From Takakia lepidozioides (taxonomy: Eukaryota; Plantae; Bryophyta), in assembly GCA_030704615.1 (NCBI GenBank), contig CM060732.1:3782001-3846000 (forward strand): a stretch of 64,000 bases of DNA. Direction: 5' to 3'. The notes under the pieces are model-generated. The model saw only the letters and a program-made list of their open reading frames with translations. It searched no databases and had not been told where the DNA came from. A program made the position numbers and the translations under genes. This document shows positions 39,975 through 51,800 of the stretch, piece by piece. Position 1 is the stretch's first letter. Each line of letters starts with the position of its first letter.

Positions 39975-40540
39975 CATGCATTCACCTTTTTGTTTCCATT
40001 GTCTCGCCATTGACTGGGGTCGGAAAAGTGTTCATTCCAAAGCTTCTCCTCATCTCTATTACCTGTTTTTGGATACTTTCATGCTACCAAACAGAGCAAA
40101 ACAGGCTGAAATAGGTCAAAGAAGAAGGTATCCTCACCACATTGTCCTTTACCTTGTATCATGACCCATAGAGGATTTGACCGACCATCAGCCCAAAAGG
40201 ACCCCTTGTGTGTGCTGCTTGTATCTGTAGTCAGGTAATGTTGGATTGGTATGTGAGATCGAACCACCACAGTGCAGCTGAGCAGGCAGAGATTGAAACA
40301 CGGCCTGCTAAGACCAAGCTGACTCTCCCAAGAACGGCGAGCGTCTCCTCGTCTCGTCTCTCTCCCAAAAGCGGCGAGCTCACAAGAATGTTGGGATCTT
40401 CTCCTCGTCTCCTCTCCTCCTCCTCTCCTCCTTCCTGCATCATTTGCTCAAGAGTAGGAAGGTCTGCAAAGCCTCCATCCCACGCCCCTGCATATCCTAC
40501 GATCATCGCGTTCCATGACACAACATCAAATAGATGGTGA
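39975..40540 (-). pseudogene. captured gene fragments: PPR motif and OSB-type PDF motifs
   Basis: DVVSWNAMIVGYA (PPR); HKGSFWADGRSNPLWV and EKLWNEHFSDPSQW (PDF-like). 39975-40335 is homologous to 56758-57207. Confidence 0.7.
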
Positions 40541-41295
40541 AACGCAGGAGACAAAAAAGCCTAAGTCCCAACCCGGTGTAAAGTTCGGCGGTGTAATCTT
40601 AAACCGTTAGATCTTAAACAATCTAGACCGTTAGATCCTGTAAAATCTAACGATTCAAAATAATTTTCATCACATGATGTAACCTTGTACAACCACGTAT
40701 TTTAATCTCATATATCTTGCGATCCTTGTTAAGCCACGTCCATCCAGGTCCAATTTTTTTAACAGATATCAAATCGACACACCGTATAGGCGGATGGATG
40801 AACCCATCCATTGAATGAATTCATTAATGTATATGCCTTTTAAATGACATGTGTAGTGATGTAGTCATATATATAGAGTTATGAAACAATTTGCAGTAAG
40901 GGACTCATAAGTTTACATGCCATGTCATCGATGGATAAACTCATCTAATGGATGAATACATTCATGTATGTGCTTTCAAAATGACACGTGTAGGGATGTA
41001 GTCGTATAAATAAAGCTGTAAAACCATCTTCAGTCATGGAGTTACAAGATTCCATGAAACGTCGTCCACGTCTAGTCAAACATATCACACTAGTCATAAA
41101 ACCATCCTTGTCATCATGGTCAGCAATGTTTGACCAATGCTCCCTAATTTTCCGGAGTCATGTAGTGATATCCATTACTATAAAGTGATAAAACTATGAC
41201 TGCAACGCATTTCAGCGCTCTGTAGTCGTGTACCTAGTGCCGTTTTTATGACTCCGCCAAATCCGTAGTCCTAAAAACACTCATCTCTTGTAGTG

Positions 41296-42464
41296 TATGC
41301 ATAAGCACCCCAGTCTGTGATGAAAGCTGTCTTTCCCTGGTCTTCTTCTGCCACTTGCACTTGATTATAACCACTGAAGCCATCCATGAATGAATACATC
41401 TCATGGCCTGCCACAGTGTCCAATACCGCTTCTGTGAATGGCAAAGGGAAATGATCTTTCTTCGTGCAAGCATTCAACTTCTTATAGTTCACACAAACTC
41501 TTAGTTTACCATTCTTCTTGGGAACTATCACAATGGGTGACAACCAAGTTGTATACTCTATCGGGTATATAAACTTAGCCTCAGCCAACTTCTTGATCTC
41601 TTCTCCAACCTTCTGTGCATAGTTGGGATTCATTCTGTACCTTGCCTGTTTGATTGGTACTGACCCTAGTTCCAGTTCAATCTTATGTTGACAGATCTCA
41701 GGTGGTATCCCTTTTAGATCCTCGTAGCTCCAGGCAAATACATCTCTGTATTTGATGAACAAACTCTTAGCTTCCTCAAAGAATTCTGGCTCCAAATCTA
41801 CCTTCACCATCCTCGGTTCCTCTTCAGTTCCCACATTCACTTCTCTCACCTGCTCATCAGCTGTGATTGTCCAACCAGTCACCACTTCATCCTGTAAACT
41901 CACAGTGGCTGGTTCCTCTAGGATTTCCATTTCTCCTTCTCTTTCTTCATAGAAATGTGGTGGGTAACTGCTTGTTTCACCTTCAATTGGTGTTGCTGTC
42001 ACTACACCACAGCAGATACCTTTTAAACAACTTAGGCCTTCCAGCTGCATCTCTGCAACCTGCTCCCACTCTGGTGTGCAGCGAACAGGGTAGCTTCCTG
42101 CTCCTCATCAAGTTCTCCCCTCCAGTCATACTCCCTGACCCCTCGAGGTCTTCTCGTAGCAGGTAATCTACTAGATTTCTTAGTGGTAATTTGTATCTTG
42201 TGCATCCCATCATGCACAGTTAGTAACTGGGAATTCCAGTCATGGAATACCCTAGCCTGTTTCAGCCACGGACGTCCCAACAATAAGGAGTAAGCTTCCA
42301 TGACTTCATCCATTTTTAACACAGTTACTGTGATCATAAAGATCATCTTTTGAATCTATATCTTAACTCCTCTTATCAATCCCAGTGGCTGTACACTTCT
42401 TTGATCTGCCATTGTTACTGTAAATGGGGCTGGCTTCATGTTACTTAGACCAAGCTTCTGCCTT
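41296..42464 (-). pseudogene. Ty3 pol 5' half (protease C-term, RT N-term)
   Basis: YSLLLGRPWL; VFAWSYEDLKG, WLSPIVIVPKKNGKLRVCV, SFMDGFSGYNQV. Confidence 0.92.
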
Positions 42465-43183
42465 AATTATGGGGAAGAACTGTGTTACTATTGTAATCAG
42501 GCAGGCCATCGCAAGGCAACCTGTCCATTCTGGATCAGACACCAGAATGAGATGAGAGCTCCTGTGAATGAGGGGCCAGTGGTGGCAGCTCACATGGTTA
42601 GGCCATGTGTTGTACCAGAAGTAAGTACAATGATAGTAACGAGAAGCAAAGCCAAACTAATACCTCCAGTAGATGAGGAAGATGATAATAATGAAGATGG
42701 CGGTGATGTGCCTCAAGATGATGAGGCTTGGAGAGATGAGAAGGAACTGCACAAGGAAGTGGCAGATACCATAAGGGAAATGCAGAAGAGTACTGATATT
42801 CCTATGGCAGATTCCTCTGATTCTGAAAGAGAAGAGGAAGTGAGTGAGGATGAAGGGAACAAAGAAGCTGCAGACATGCAGAGTAATGAAGGGACTTTGG
42901 CTGAAGTAATATGCCAGTCCAAAGCGGAGATTACCATTGGACAGCTATTGGCTGTGGCACCTTATTGTAGACATAGGCTGTATCAAGCAATCAATCGAAT
43001 TGCCCATGTGACAGGGAACACAGACCTGAACAGCAAGGTGACCAGTTATAATGTGAAGCCGGAAGGGCGAGAAACAGTCATAGACTTTGATGATTCTATG
43101 CCAGTAATCCAATTGAGAATTGGAAGCACAGAACTAACTGATGTACTGATAGATGGAGGCTCTGGAGTGAATATCATGACATT
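42465..43183 (+). other. inverted segment of gag-pro (zinc knuckle to protease active site)
   Basis: Plus-strand CYYCNQAGHRKATC ... VLIDGGSGVNIMT, flanked by minus-strand gag (...DYRNN) and protease (LRQKLG...). Confidence 0.9.
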
Positions 43184-45034
43184 GTTTCTGTAATCCTGAC
43201 TCCCTGGCTGGTAATTCCCCCTTGGATTACCCTGATAGTTGCCTCTGGAATTCCCTTGGTAATTCCCTCTTGGATTACCTCTTCCTTCCATGCCATTGTT
43301 ATAACCACCAGGCCTACCATAGTGGTCCTGATCACTGTTTCTTCTTGGCTGGGGCTGCACTTGATGCACCCTTACTTGCCTAGGTTCTCTAGCTGTTGTC
43401 CTTCTGTTGTAGTAACAATTCTCAGTAGAATGATTATCCATCTTACAGATAGTACAATGTTTCTCCTTCATGTGGCATTCAGTGGTGGTATGGCCTTCAT
43501 TCTGGCACTTTGCACACCAAACACCCTTCCTCCAATGTGTTGCAGCCTCTGTGGCATACTTCTTCAAGATTTCTTCTAATCTTTTCTCATAGTTATCCCT
43601 CTTCAACTTTTCCTTCATCTTACTCTTCCTTTTCAGCTCTTGCTCTTCTTCCTCATCTGACTCATCCTCAGAGTCCTCATCATCCCTTTTCTCCCTCTTG
43701 AGCATTCCCAATTGCTCAATTCTGTTCGCTGTTTCAAATGCCTCTTCCACTGTATTATGGGGTAACATATCCACTTTCTTTTGCAACTCTGGTCTTAGTC
43801 CACTCACAAACCAAGTCTTCTGTAAACCTGGTGCTTGTACAGCAGCCAACTTTTTCATCATCAATTCCATTTTTTCCATATACTCCTCAACAGTTTCATG
43901 CTTCTTTTGCTTTAACTGTTGTAAACTTCCATACACTTCATCCTCAGTTTTACTTGTCCTGAACCTATTTCGGAATGTTGTATTCAAGCCATTCCAGGTT
44001 AGGAAATGATTATCAGGGAATCTTGCATACCATTCACTTGCTTTCTTGATAAGTGAACAAGGAAACAATCTCATCTTGGCATCATCGCCATTCTCATTGT
44101 TCACAATACAAATGTGCTCAAATTGGCTAATGTGTACATCAGGATCCCATTTTCTTGAATATACTGGAAAAGGTGGTTTTGCACGTGTTGGTTGTAACGC
44201 CATCTGTGGCCCTACCTTCTGCCCACTGACAGATGATGGCCCCCTTGCTGGTGCTGGTCCTTGAGGACCTGTTGTAGTTATGGTGGATCTTCCACCAAGT
44301 GATGGCCCCTGAGCACTCCCTGCTACTGGCCCCACGATATTCACAGTATTCCCAGCTCCAGTTGCACTACTTCCCACACTCCCTGTCCCCCCAGAGCCAG
44401 ATCCAGGCTGCCCGCCTGATCCCCCTGAGCCGACACCTTCGTTGGCCTGTGATCCAAGTGCTCCACTTGATCCAGGTCCAACGGGTTGGGATGTCCTGGT
44501 TGTAGTCTCAACCTCAGCTGTTGGGTCTACTTCTTCATACTCTTCCTCTTCCAATTTCTTCTCTCTGTTTTCATCCTCCAAGTTCTGCCCTTGGGTTTCT
44601 TCTTCACTCATGTAACTCAACTGCAATGGTGTTGGAGAGTCTGAACTCTCCGTTGGCTCTGCCACATCCTCTCCTCCTTCTTCACCTTCCGTTTCAAGAA
44701 CTGGAGTTCCTGCTTTTGGTGTTCCATGCCAACTCTTATCAAAGATTTCTGTCAAATCTTTTATCCAGGGATGTACCTCAGATCTTTCACCTTGTGGTTG
44801 ATCTTCTTCCAGTACCAATTCCCTTAATCTTTCTTGCAAAGAAAAAGAAGGAGTGGCATCCAACTCTAGTTCTTCCGGTATGGGTGATGTACTCTCTGAT
44901 CTTAATGGTGTGAGAGGTCCAGATGATTCCCCTATGTCTATTCCTCTCTCCCAAAGATATGGATAATTAGCTTTCAGATAACTTTCTCTTTTTGCTGAAT
45001 ATCTCTGGAGTCTAGCTTCTCTTTCATCACTCAT
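43184..45034 (-). pseudogene. Ty3 gag N-terminal part
   Basis: DPDVHISQF...LFPCSLIKKASEWY...LKQKKHETVEEY; CAKCQNEGHTTTEC and CTICKMDNHSTENC knuckles. Truncated by the inversion. Confidence 0.9.
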
Positions 45035-45054
45035 GTCCCATGTCTTTCATTTCT

Positions 45055-45600
45055 TTAATGCGGCAATAACCAAAACTCTCTTCTGTAGTATCTCTCGTAT
45101 ATGCCTGGGTTTCTTTCAAGCTTCAATGCACCCTTGGCTATACTAGAAGTCTCCGTTACCATATAACCATATGGCAAACAAGTCTGGAAAGCTGTTCTTG
45201 GTGTGAGTTTGATCCACAGAATATCCTTTGGAATCCAATTCTTTACCAGTACAAGCTCTTCATGCATATGAGTATAAACATTCACCTTCCTTTCCTCCCA
45301 GCCTTCAAACTCTACTCGCTTAATGGATAGCAATGCTATCACATAAACCAGTGTTGGTAACCAACGTGCTCTTCCTCTACAGGCCACCTGATAAATCTTT
45401 ATCACCCCTTTCTCCAGACCCCACTCAGGGTCAGCATCATGCACTCTCTTAAGAATGTTTTCTTTACAACCGTCTGGCAATTCCAAGAACCTCTGAAAGA
45501 ATTGTTTAGACAATCTTTCTTTCTCAGTTTTACAGGGAATTTGATTCACATCAAATTCTTTAATTCTCCAACCACCATGATCCCACCAGATGCCTGTCAC
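45055..45600 (-). CDS. extra 5' ORF upstream of gag (181 aa, unknown function)
   Basis: Open, Trp-rich frame between the PBS and the gag start, same strand as gag; start codon uncertain. Confidence 0.5.
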   Translation of the reverse strand: MTGIWWDHGGWRIKEFDVNQIPCKTEKERLSKQFFQRFLELPDGCKENILKRVHDADPEWGLEKGVIKIYQVACRGRARWLPTLVYVIALLSIKRVEFEGWEERKVNVYTHMHEELVLVKNWIPKDILWIKLTPRTAFQTCLPYGYMVTETSSIAKGALKLERNPGIYERYYRREFWLLPH

Positions 45601-45641
45601 ATCTGGTTGTTCATGACCCAGGTCCCAGTATGGTCGCCAAA

Positions 45642-46627
45642 TGTCGAGCGGCTTTTACTCACCCATCCCTTCGCTATCCGAGGTGGAAACTCCAAGATAG
45701 AAGAGTTGGATATCTCTAAGCACTCAGCCCGCTCAGTACAATCAGTCATGACCTGCAGGAATCATGGTTATGCTTCCTATTTGTATTCCTTCTTGCCTTC
45801 ATGTTATCAATTTACCTTATCTGATATTGAAGCATCAGATTGCTTCAGTATCTACTTAGTTCCAGTTTATCATGCATTTATTTCACAGCTTCCCTCATGT
45901 CTCTCTACACAGTGTGCTTGTATCGAATAAGTATCAGATTATGATTTATCAGGTACTAGGCCAATGTCAAGGTGACTCTAATCCGCCCTACAGTATCACT
46001 ACAGCTCTGCATGTAATAAGCATCTACTGTTCATCTTTTCTCCTTCTTTGTCTTCTCGTTCTTGCTCTCCGCCTGATCTCCTCTTTTCATCACCCAGAAA
46101 TGCTCCCCGTGAAGTGTCCATTCTTTCCGTTGCCGCTCCCCTTATCTGCCCGCAAGCTGTTCTAACCACCTAACTAATTAACCGTCATCCCTGTAGTAAC
46201 ACGTTCCTTCTGCAGATGTCGTTCCCTCACAGTCGTTCCTGTCAATGATAAATGTTTCTCATGTACTGTGACAGGCTGTGTCAAGCTGTGACTGGCTGTG
46301 TAAGGCTTTGTCGGGCTGTGTCGGGCTGTGCGAAGCTGTGGCGGCTGTGACTGGCTCTGTGACGGGCTGTGCGAAGCTGTGGCGGGCTGTGACTGGCTGT
46401 GTCAGCTGTGTCGAGCTGTGCGAAGCTGTGGCGGCTGTGACTGGCTGTGACGGACTGTGTCGGCTGTGTTGGTTGTGACTGGCTGTGTCGGGTTGTGTTG
46501 GCTGTGTAACCCCCCTAAAGCCTGCTGCTGCCACCTCTAAGGCTCCTGTTGGTCTCAGTCTGCGTAAAAATTAAGGGTACCCCACAGAACCCTTAAAAGC
46601 GTCTAAGTCCCAAGCAGCCCTCTAACA
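45642..46627 (-). repeat. 5' LTR of the large Ty3 element
   Basis: Matches 29438-30375; PBS immediately internal. Confidence 0.92.
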
Positions 46628-46691
46628 AGCTTGGTCTTCACAATTTTCTGCACGATGCCATGCCAATCAGACACTCAGATATGTGCAAATA

Positions 46692-47056
46692 GTGATGGTC
46701 AGCACCGACAATCACAGTACACAGGCAAAAACAATGACATCACAATGACTTCAAAGTGATTAAAAATGTTTAATGCAGCTTCTTTACAACTGAAAGTGCT
46801 CTAAGTTCTCAAGGAACAGCGATTGGCGGTACCAACAATCACAAACTATATCTGTAGCAAACAATAACAGAATATAGCAAACCAAATCACGATGTCTGCA
46901 TATTGTTGGTCGGTACCGACCATCAGTCTGTCTTGTCTCAAATCACAGTGATTGGCGGTACCGACAATCACAACCATCTACAATAGCAAAGCTGATATAG
47001 GCAAATGCAAACCAAAACACTATGATTGCATAGTGATGGTTGGTACCGACCATCAC
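46692..47056. repeat. five copies of a 24-bp palindrome, consensus GTGATGGTCGGTACCGACCATCAC
   Basis: Copies at about 46692, 46819, 46903, 46948 and 47033. Confidence 0.8.
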
Positions 47057-48819
47057 TCTCTTTCTACGCATGCAGGTACAGGAAGGTCTCACGGAGTAAC
47101 GAATGGCGTCAAGGGCGTCATTGTACCCATCTCCCTAAAAAAAAAAGCTTCAGCTTCTCTATCCCGGGCCTTTCAGCTCGCCGAACAGCGGGTAGTGTCC
47201 TCATCCTGCACAGGGGAACACGTGGAGGGTGGCCTTTTCGGAGAAGATGGGAAATGGAGCTGTAGGTGTGGTTCAGGGCGTTGTCTCTCAACGTCTTTAG
47301 AGCTCTTTGCCGTCTCTCTGCAATGAGCACCACATCTACGCCAGGCTCTGTTCCATTCTCTGGCTATTGGATCGACTGGTACCATTAGGTCTAATCGACG
47401 AAGTGTTTGGCCCTGTCCAGTTGCGCGAAAGAACGACTGCCCAAACACCTTTGACATTCAAAGGGGGCATTAAAATCATGTTCCATCCACTTACATCTCC
47501 TCATGCTCATAGCACATATCTTGCAGGCCCATCCTCCATATCCAAGCACACTATGGATCAGCTCCAACACCCACAATTATACTGCCAAGACACACATACA
47601 ATGCAGGGTCCACACCCAGAAATTATCTATCAGCAAACAAAGAGGTTACTCACCGAATTGCAAGCTGTTCCTCTATAAATCTCAAGATAACCCCAAAACT
47701 ATATGCCAACACCATGTCTCTGATGCCACCGCAACAATCAAGAATCAGTCATCAATTTGCGCCCCCCCCGCCCCCCCCAACCCGCACACGTAGGTACACC
47801 TTAGCTCACAAATCCCACTATAGCTTAACTCGAGCACTACGACTCAAAAGCCAAAGCCTTCATATAGTCATGCAAAATCCTGGTTCAATCATACAGACAG
47901 GAACAGCGGCACTCTTAAACAAGGATGTCTAAAAGCCTTGCCAACTAAAAACCGCGAACATAGAGGTAGAAAGATCTCCCCACTTATATGGAGACTTTCA
48001 ATGTTACTAACAAAATTTCCTCAAACACTCCACAGCAAGCCATCTTGGCATGAGATCCCAGCACCACCAATGCCCAAAATCGATAACATGCATCTATCTG
48101 TAAGACTTCCTATAAATGCAACGTAGCACAACTGTGGTATTCTTATACTGCCCTTGTCCCGTCACTAATTTTGCTTAACCGCTCAACTCCATGCATAATA
48201 CTGAATGCCTATAAAAAAGCCATGCCATCATCAAGCCGAGCCAGCCTCCGGAACTTCTACCACCCTGCTTGGACATGCGTAAAACCAACTTTACTACTGG
48301 CAGACACAGGATACAGAAGACTGATTGCAGCCGTTACATTTCCTTCCTACTTGAGCAAGATACAGGCTACGCAGATCAGTATTCCTTTACTTTTTTTGTA
48401 TCTGACACTCGTGCCTGTCCAGGCTTGGATGCCTGCATAATGATGGTGCATGGAAACAAATTTGGGGCTTCATTTTACATTAAGATGCATGTAGATCCAC
48501 CTTCCAGAAGACATAGTCATCAAACAAAGTGCAAATTATAATCATAACTGAGTTCTGAGCTGGATAGAAAAGGAACTCCCCTTATCCAAGCATTGATCTG
48601 AGTTCGGTGTGAAGGACTAGATAACTCTTCTGTGAGTGCCCAACCAGTATCAGAGGCACCCCAAGGGTGGTAAAAGTGGAACCCCAGTTGCACTAGATGA
48701 TATTTTAAAGTTCATCAGACTTCTTGTAGCCCAGAAAGCTTTGTTTCCAGGCCAAGCTATACTTCCTCTTAAGGAAAAACCCAAAATAGACGAGGAAAAA
48801 TACATATTGTACAAAAGTG

Positions 48820-51800
48820 TCAGTTGAGGAGGTCGTAATCATCCAGGCGGTCGTTGTACTGCAACACCTTGCGCTTGATTTTAGAGGTATCCACCCATGT
48901 AACGAAATCCTCCATGCTCCGTGTCACCAGGAATGCTGGGTCTGTCACAGTCTCTGGGCCCACTCGAATGTCTGGTGCAAGTTTGGTCAAGGCCAACAAC
49001 TAGCTCCATAAAGACAAATTAAATTAAACCAACACCTCCAAAATGTAACTTCTTCTCTTCAGACAGAAAACATGGTGAAACTTATCCAGTTCAAATCAGG
49101 CTTCACAAATTCGACTACTATAAACTAGCAGCCAATTTTGGACATCCTTCTAAGACTGCAACAGAAATGGATTTTAATCGTCTGTACTCCAGTGTCACAC
49201 ACCTGAATCCAACACACAACCAGGTAGCTGAGAGGTACTCTCATTGCCTTGGTCTATGCTTTGTGTCCATGGCATTTCATGATTACAGGAAATTCGCGGT
49301 CCTTGCATACACACCCGCACAGGGGGCAGAGACACACACACACACACACAGAGCAGGAAAAGGGGAGGGCAAGAGAACATTCATCAAGAAAGGGAGTTGC
49401 ATGCAGACAGGATACGCCCTTGCTCCACAAAGGTTACAGCCTCCCGCATGTTCTCTGCAAAATTGAGCCTCACAAGCACAACTGCCAGTCTCCGTCTGCC
49501 ATAACAGCAGAAATCGATGTTAAAGATCTCAGGTAGCTTCCTTCAATACTATACACTGGGTCAGTAAATTCAGAAAATTAGGCGGGAGCCTCTGCAACCT
49601 TCACATGAAAGCGTACTAGCAAATGGAGGTGACCCTAGCCTACTTCCCTCCCCAAAAATGACGATTTCCTACGCTTCATCTATCAAGAGATGCTCTTCTT
49701 GGTTCTGCACGAAGAAAGCTATGTACTTGTCAAAACTACTGTGACATCTAGAAATAAGTAACAGCATCTGTGTCATGAATATGTATACAGCAGTACAGCT
49801 TCGCTGATGCAATCTGAAATTGGGTCGTACTCGATTTAGCTGATATCCATCACCCATCTGGTGCTCTCACTGCAGTAGGAGAGGAAGAGAAAACTTTAAC
49901 CGGATAAGAGAGAGGAGCAGTGAGCATTGACTGTTCCTCTGGTGCTGTGCATATACGCTTGACAAGATTCAGTCTCAGAACTGAAAAGTGGCTTTCAATT
50001 CATCAGGGTATGAGACTCAGTCTGAAAGTGCTATAGCACTAGCAGAACCAACAAACTGGGGCTAGGATTGACATCATACAAACAAGCATGTTGCTGATAC
50101 CGGCACTGCAGCTGAAGTCCTTAAACATGCTGCAAAACGGGCAATGGAGAGCACCCAGCACAATGAGAGATTGTACTCATAAGACGTTGTTTGCCGTAGC
50201 CTTGTGGCCATTGACCCTGCGCCCAGTTTGAGCGGGAACAAAAGGGACAGAACCTACCTCTGTCAGGGGCTGACGTTGGTAGTAAGACTTACCTCCATAT
50301 AAAGAATTAATCCGGGTTTTCCAGATATCCTCTAGAAATCCCTTCACACACGCATCAATCTGCTGTGTGTGATTTGCCCAAAAACTAGGCCTCAGGAGGG
50401 CCTGGGCTTTTGGCTCAGCCTCGAGAGTTGGTAAACAGGGGTACAGGCACAATTCCCTTAATAGATTGAAGAGAGCGTCTCTTTGGTGAGAGAACCCCGG
50501 ACAGTGTATCAGAAAATGAATACTGTCTTCAGATTGCCCACACAACGGGCAATTGCACTCTCCCTTTCCTCTCTGCTTCTGTTTGCTGTTCAAAGGTAGG
50601 CTTCCTGCCCTGAGTTTAAATTTCAGTCTAGTGCCGAGAGTGGGTAGACCCTTGAGGTCATCCAAGATGTCCTCCCCCATGTCACAGACTGGAAACAAGT
50701 TCAGGGAAGTTTTCTGCCTAACTTCATTTTCATCAGACAATCTCATGGCAACAGACATGGCTGAGGACACTACAGCCTCTAAGTCAGATTTATCCAGCAG
50801 GGTCAAGACTTGCGGATCCAGGTCCAGGTCCTTGAGGATCTCTTCTACTCTCTTCTGCCAGGACTTAGCCTGTTTGACAGGGCGGTCCTGTTTCCAAGAT
50901 ATAGAGTCGATTAACTTAGGATATCTGGTGTTGGGCATATGTTGCAGCTGACCCCACCATCTGACCTTGAATTCATCTCGTCGGGACCTTAAGGACGGAA
51001 TGCCAAACTCACCCCGAACAGCCACATTGGCTGTTTTGGAGCATGCTGACATACACTCCTTAAGCACCCCCACTTGAATAGATTCTAGAGACTTAGCCTG
51101 GTTGGAGTTATCAACCCATATAGCAGATCCGTACTCCAAGGCAGGTCTAATAACGCGACAAAGCATGGTTTTCTTAACCTCAGAGTTGACCCCTCTGCAG
51201 TGGAAAAATTTAGTGAGCCCCAGAGCTTTGCCCTTGCCAGTTTGAACAACTTTCCGGATATGTGCATCCCAATTACAATTGGAGGAGAACTCAACGCCCA
51301 GGTAAGTGTAGGAAGGGAGGACCGGGATCTCTTGGCTAACCCACTGCCACTTAAGATCACTTCCTCCCTCTCCTCTGTCGTTGAATGCTACCATTGCACA
51401 TTTGCTGACATTAGCCTCTAGCCCCCAAAGATCAAAGTATCTCTTCGCGCAATCAATCAACTCCTGGAGATTGGTTGGAGTCTCCCCTATGCCTGCGAAG
51501 TCATCCGCAAACATAAGGGCTGGTATGGTGGTATCACCCACCCTTAACCCAAATCCCTCACTTTCCACATCCTCGAGGAGTTGATTGATGAAAACATTGA
51601 AGAGCAGAGGGGAGAGAGTACATCCTTGAGCTACACCTTGGTCTATGTCAAAGAAGTTGGACTTCTGTCCGTTAACAGTGACACAGCTTTTGGTGTGAGC
51701 ATACAAGTTGTGGACAACTCTCCACATCTTTCCCTCGATCCCACAAGACCAGAGGCGGAACCATAGGCCATCTCTCCACACTGTGTCATAAGCCTTTTTG

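Larger units (their letters stand above)
37098..41295. mobile_element. non-autonomous CACTA (Pack-CACTA) inserted in RT
   Basis: TIRs cactacaacagatgagcgttttta / cactacaagagatgagtgttttta, TSD TAT, tatgact subterminal repeats. Removal restores RT GAYAY-KVMPFG. No transposase. Confidence 0.95.
29438..46627 (-). mobile_element. full-length non-chromovirus Ty3/Gypsy element with extra ORFs
   Basis: LTRs 29438-30375 and 45642-46627 (TG...CA), TSD AGCTT, PBS TGGCGACCATACTGGGAC (tRNA-Arg-like), PPT next to 30376; gag-PR-RT-RH-INT with no chromodomain and no visible extra RNase H. Confidence 0.93.

Noticed and set aside
46692-47056. CRISPR-like array (palindromic repeats with spacers)
   Set aside because: Eukaryotic context, irregular spacer lengths, degenerate repeats and no cas genes.
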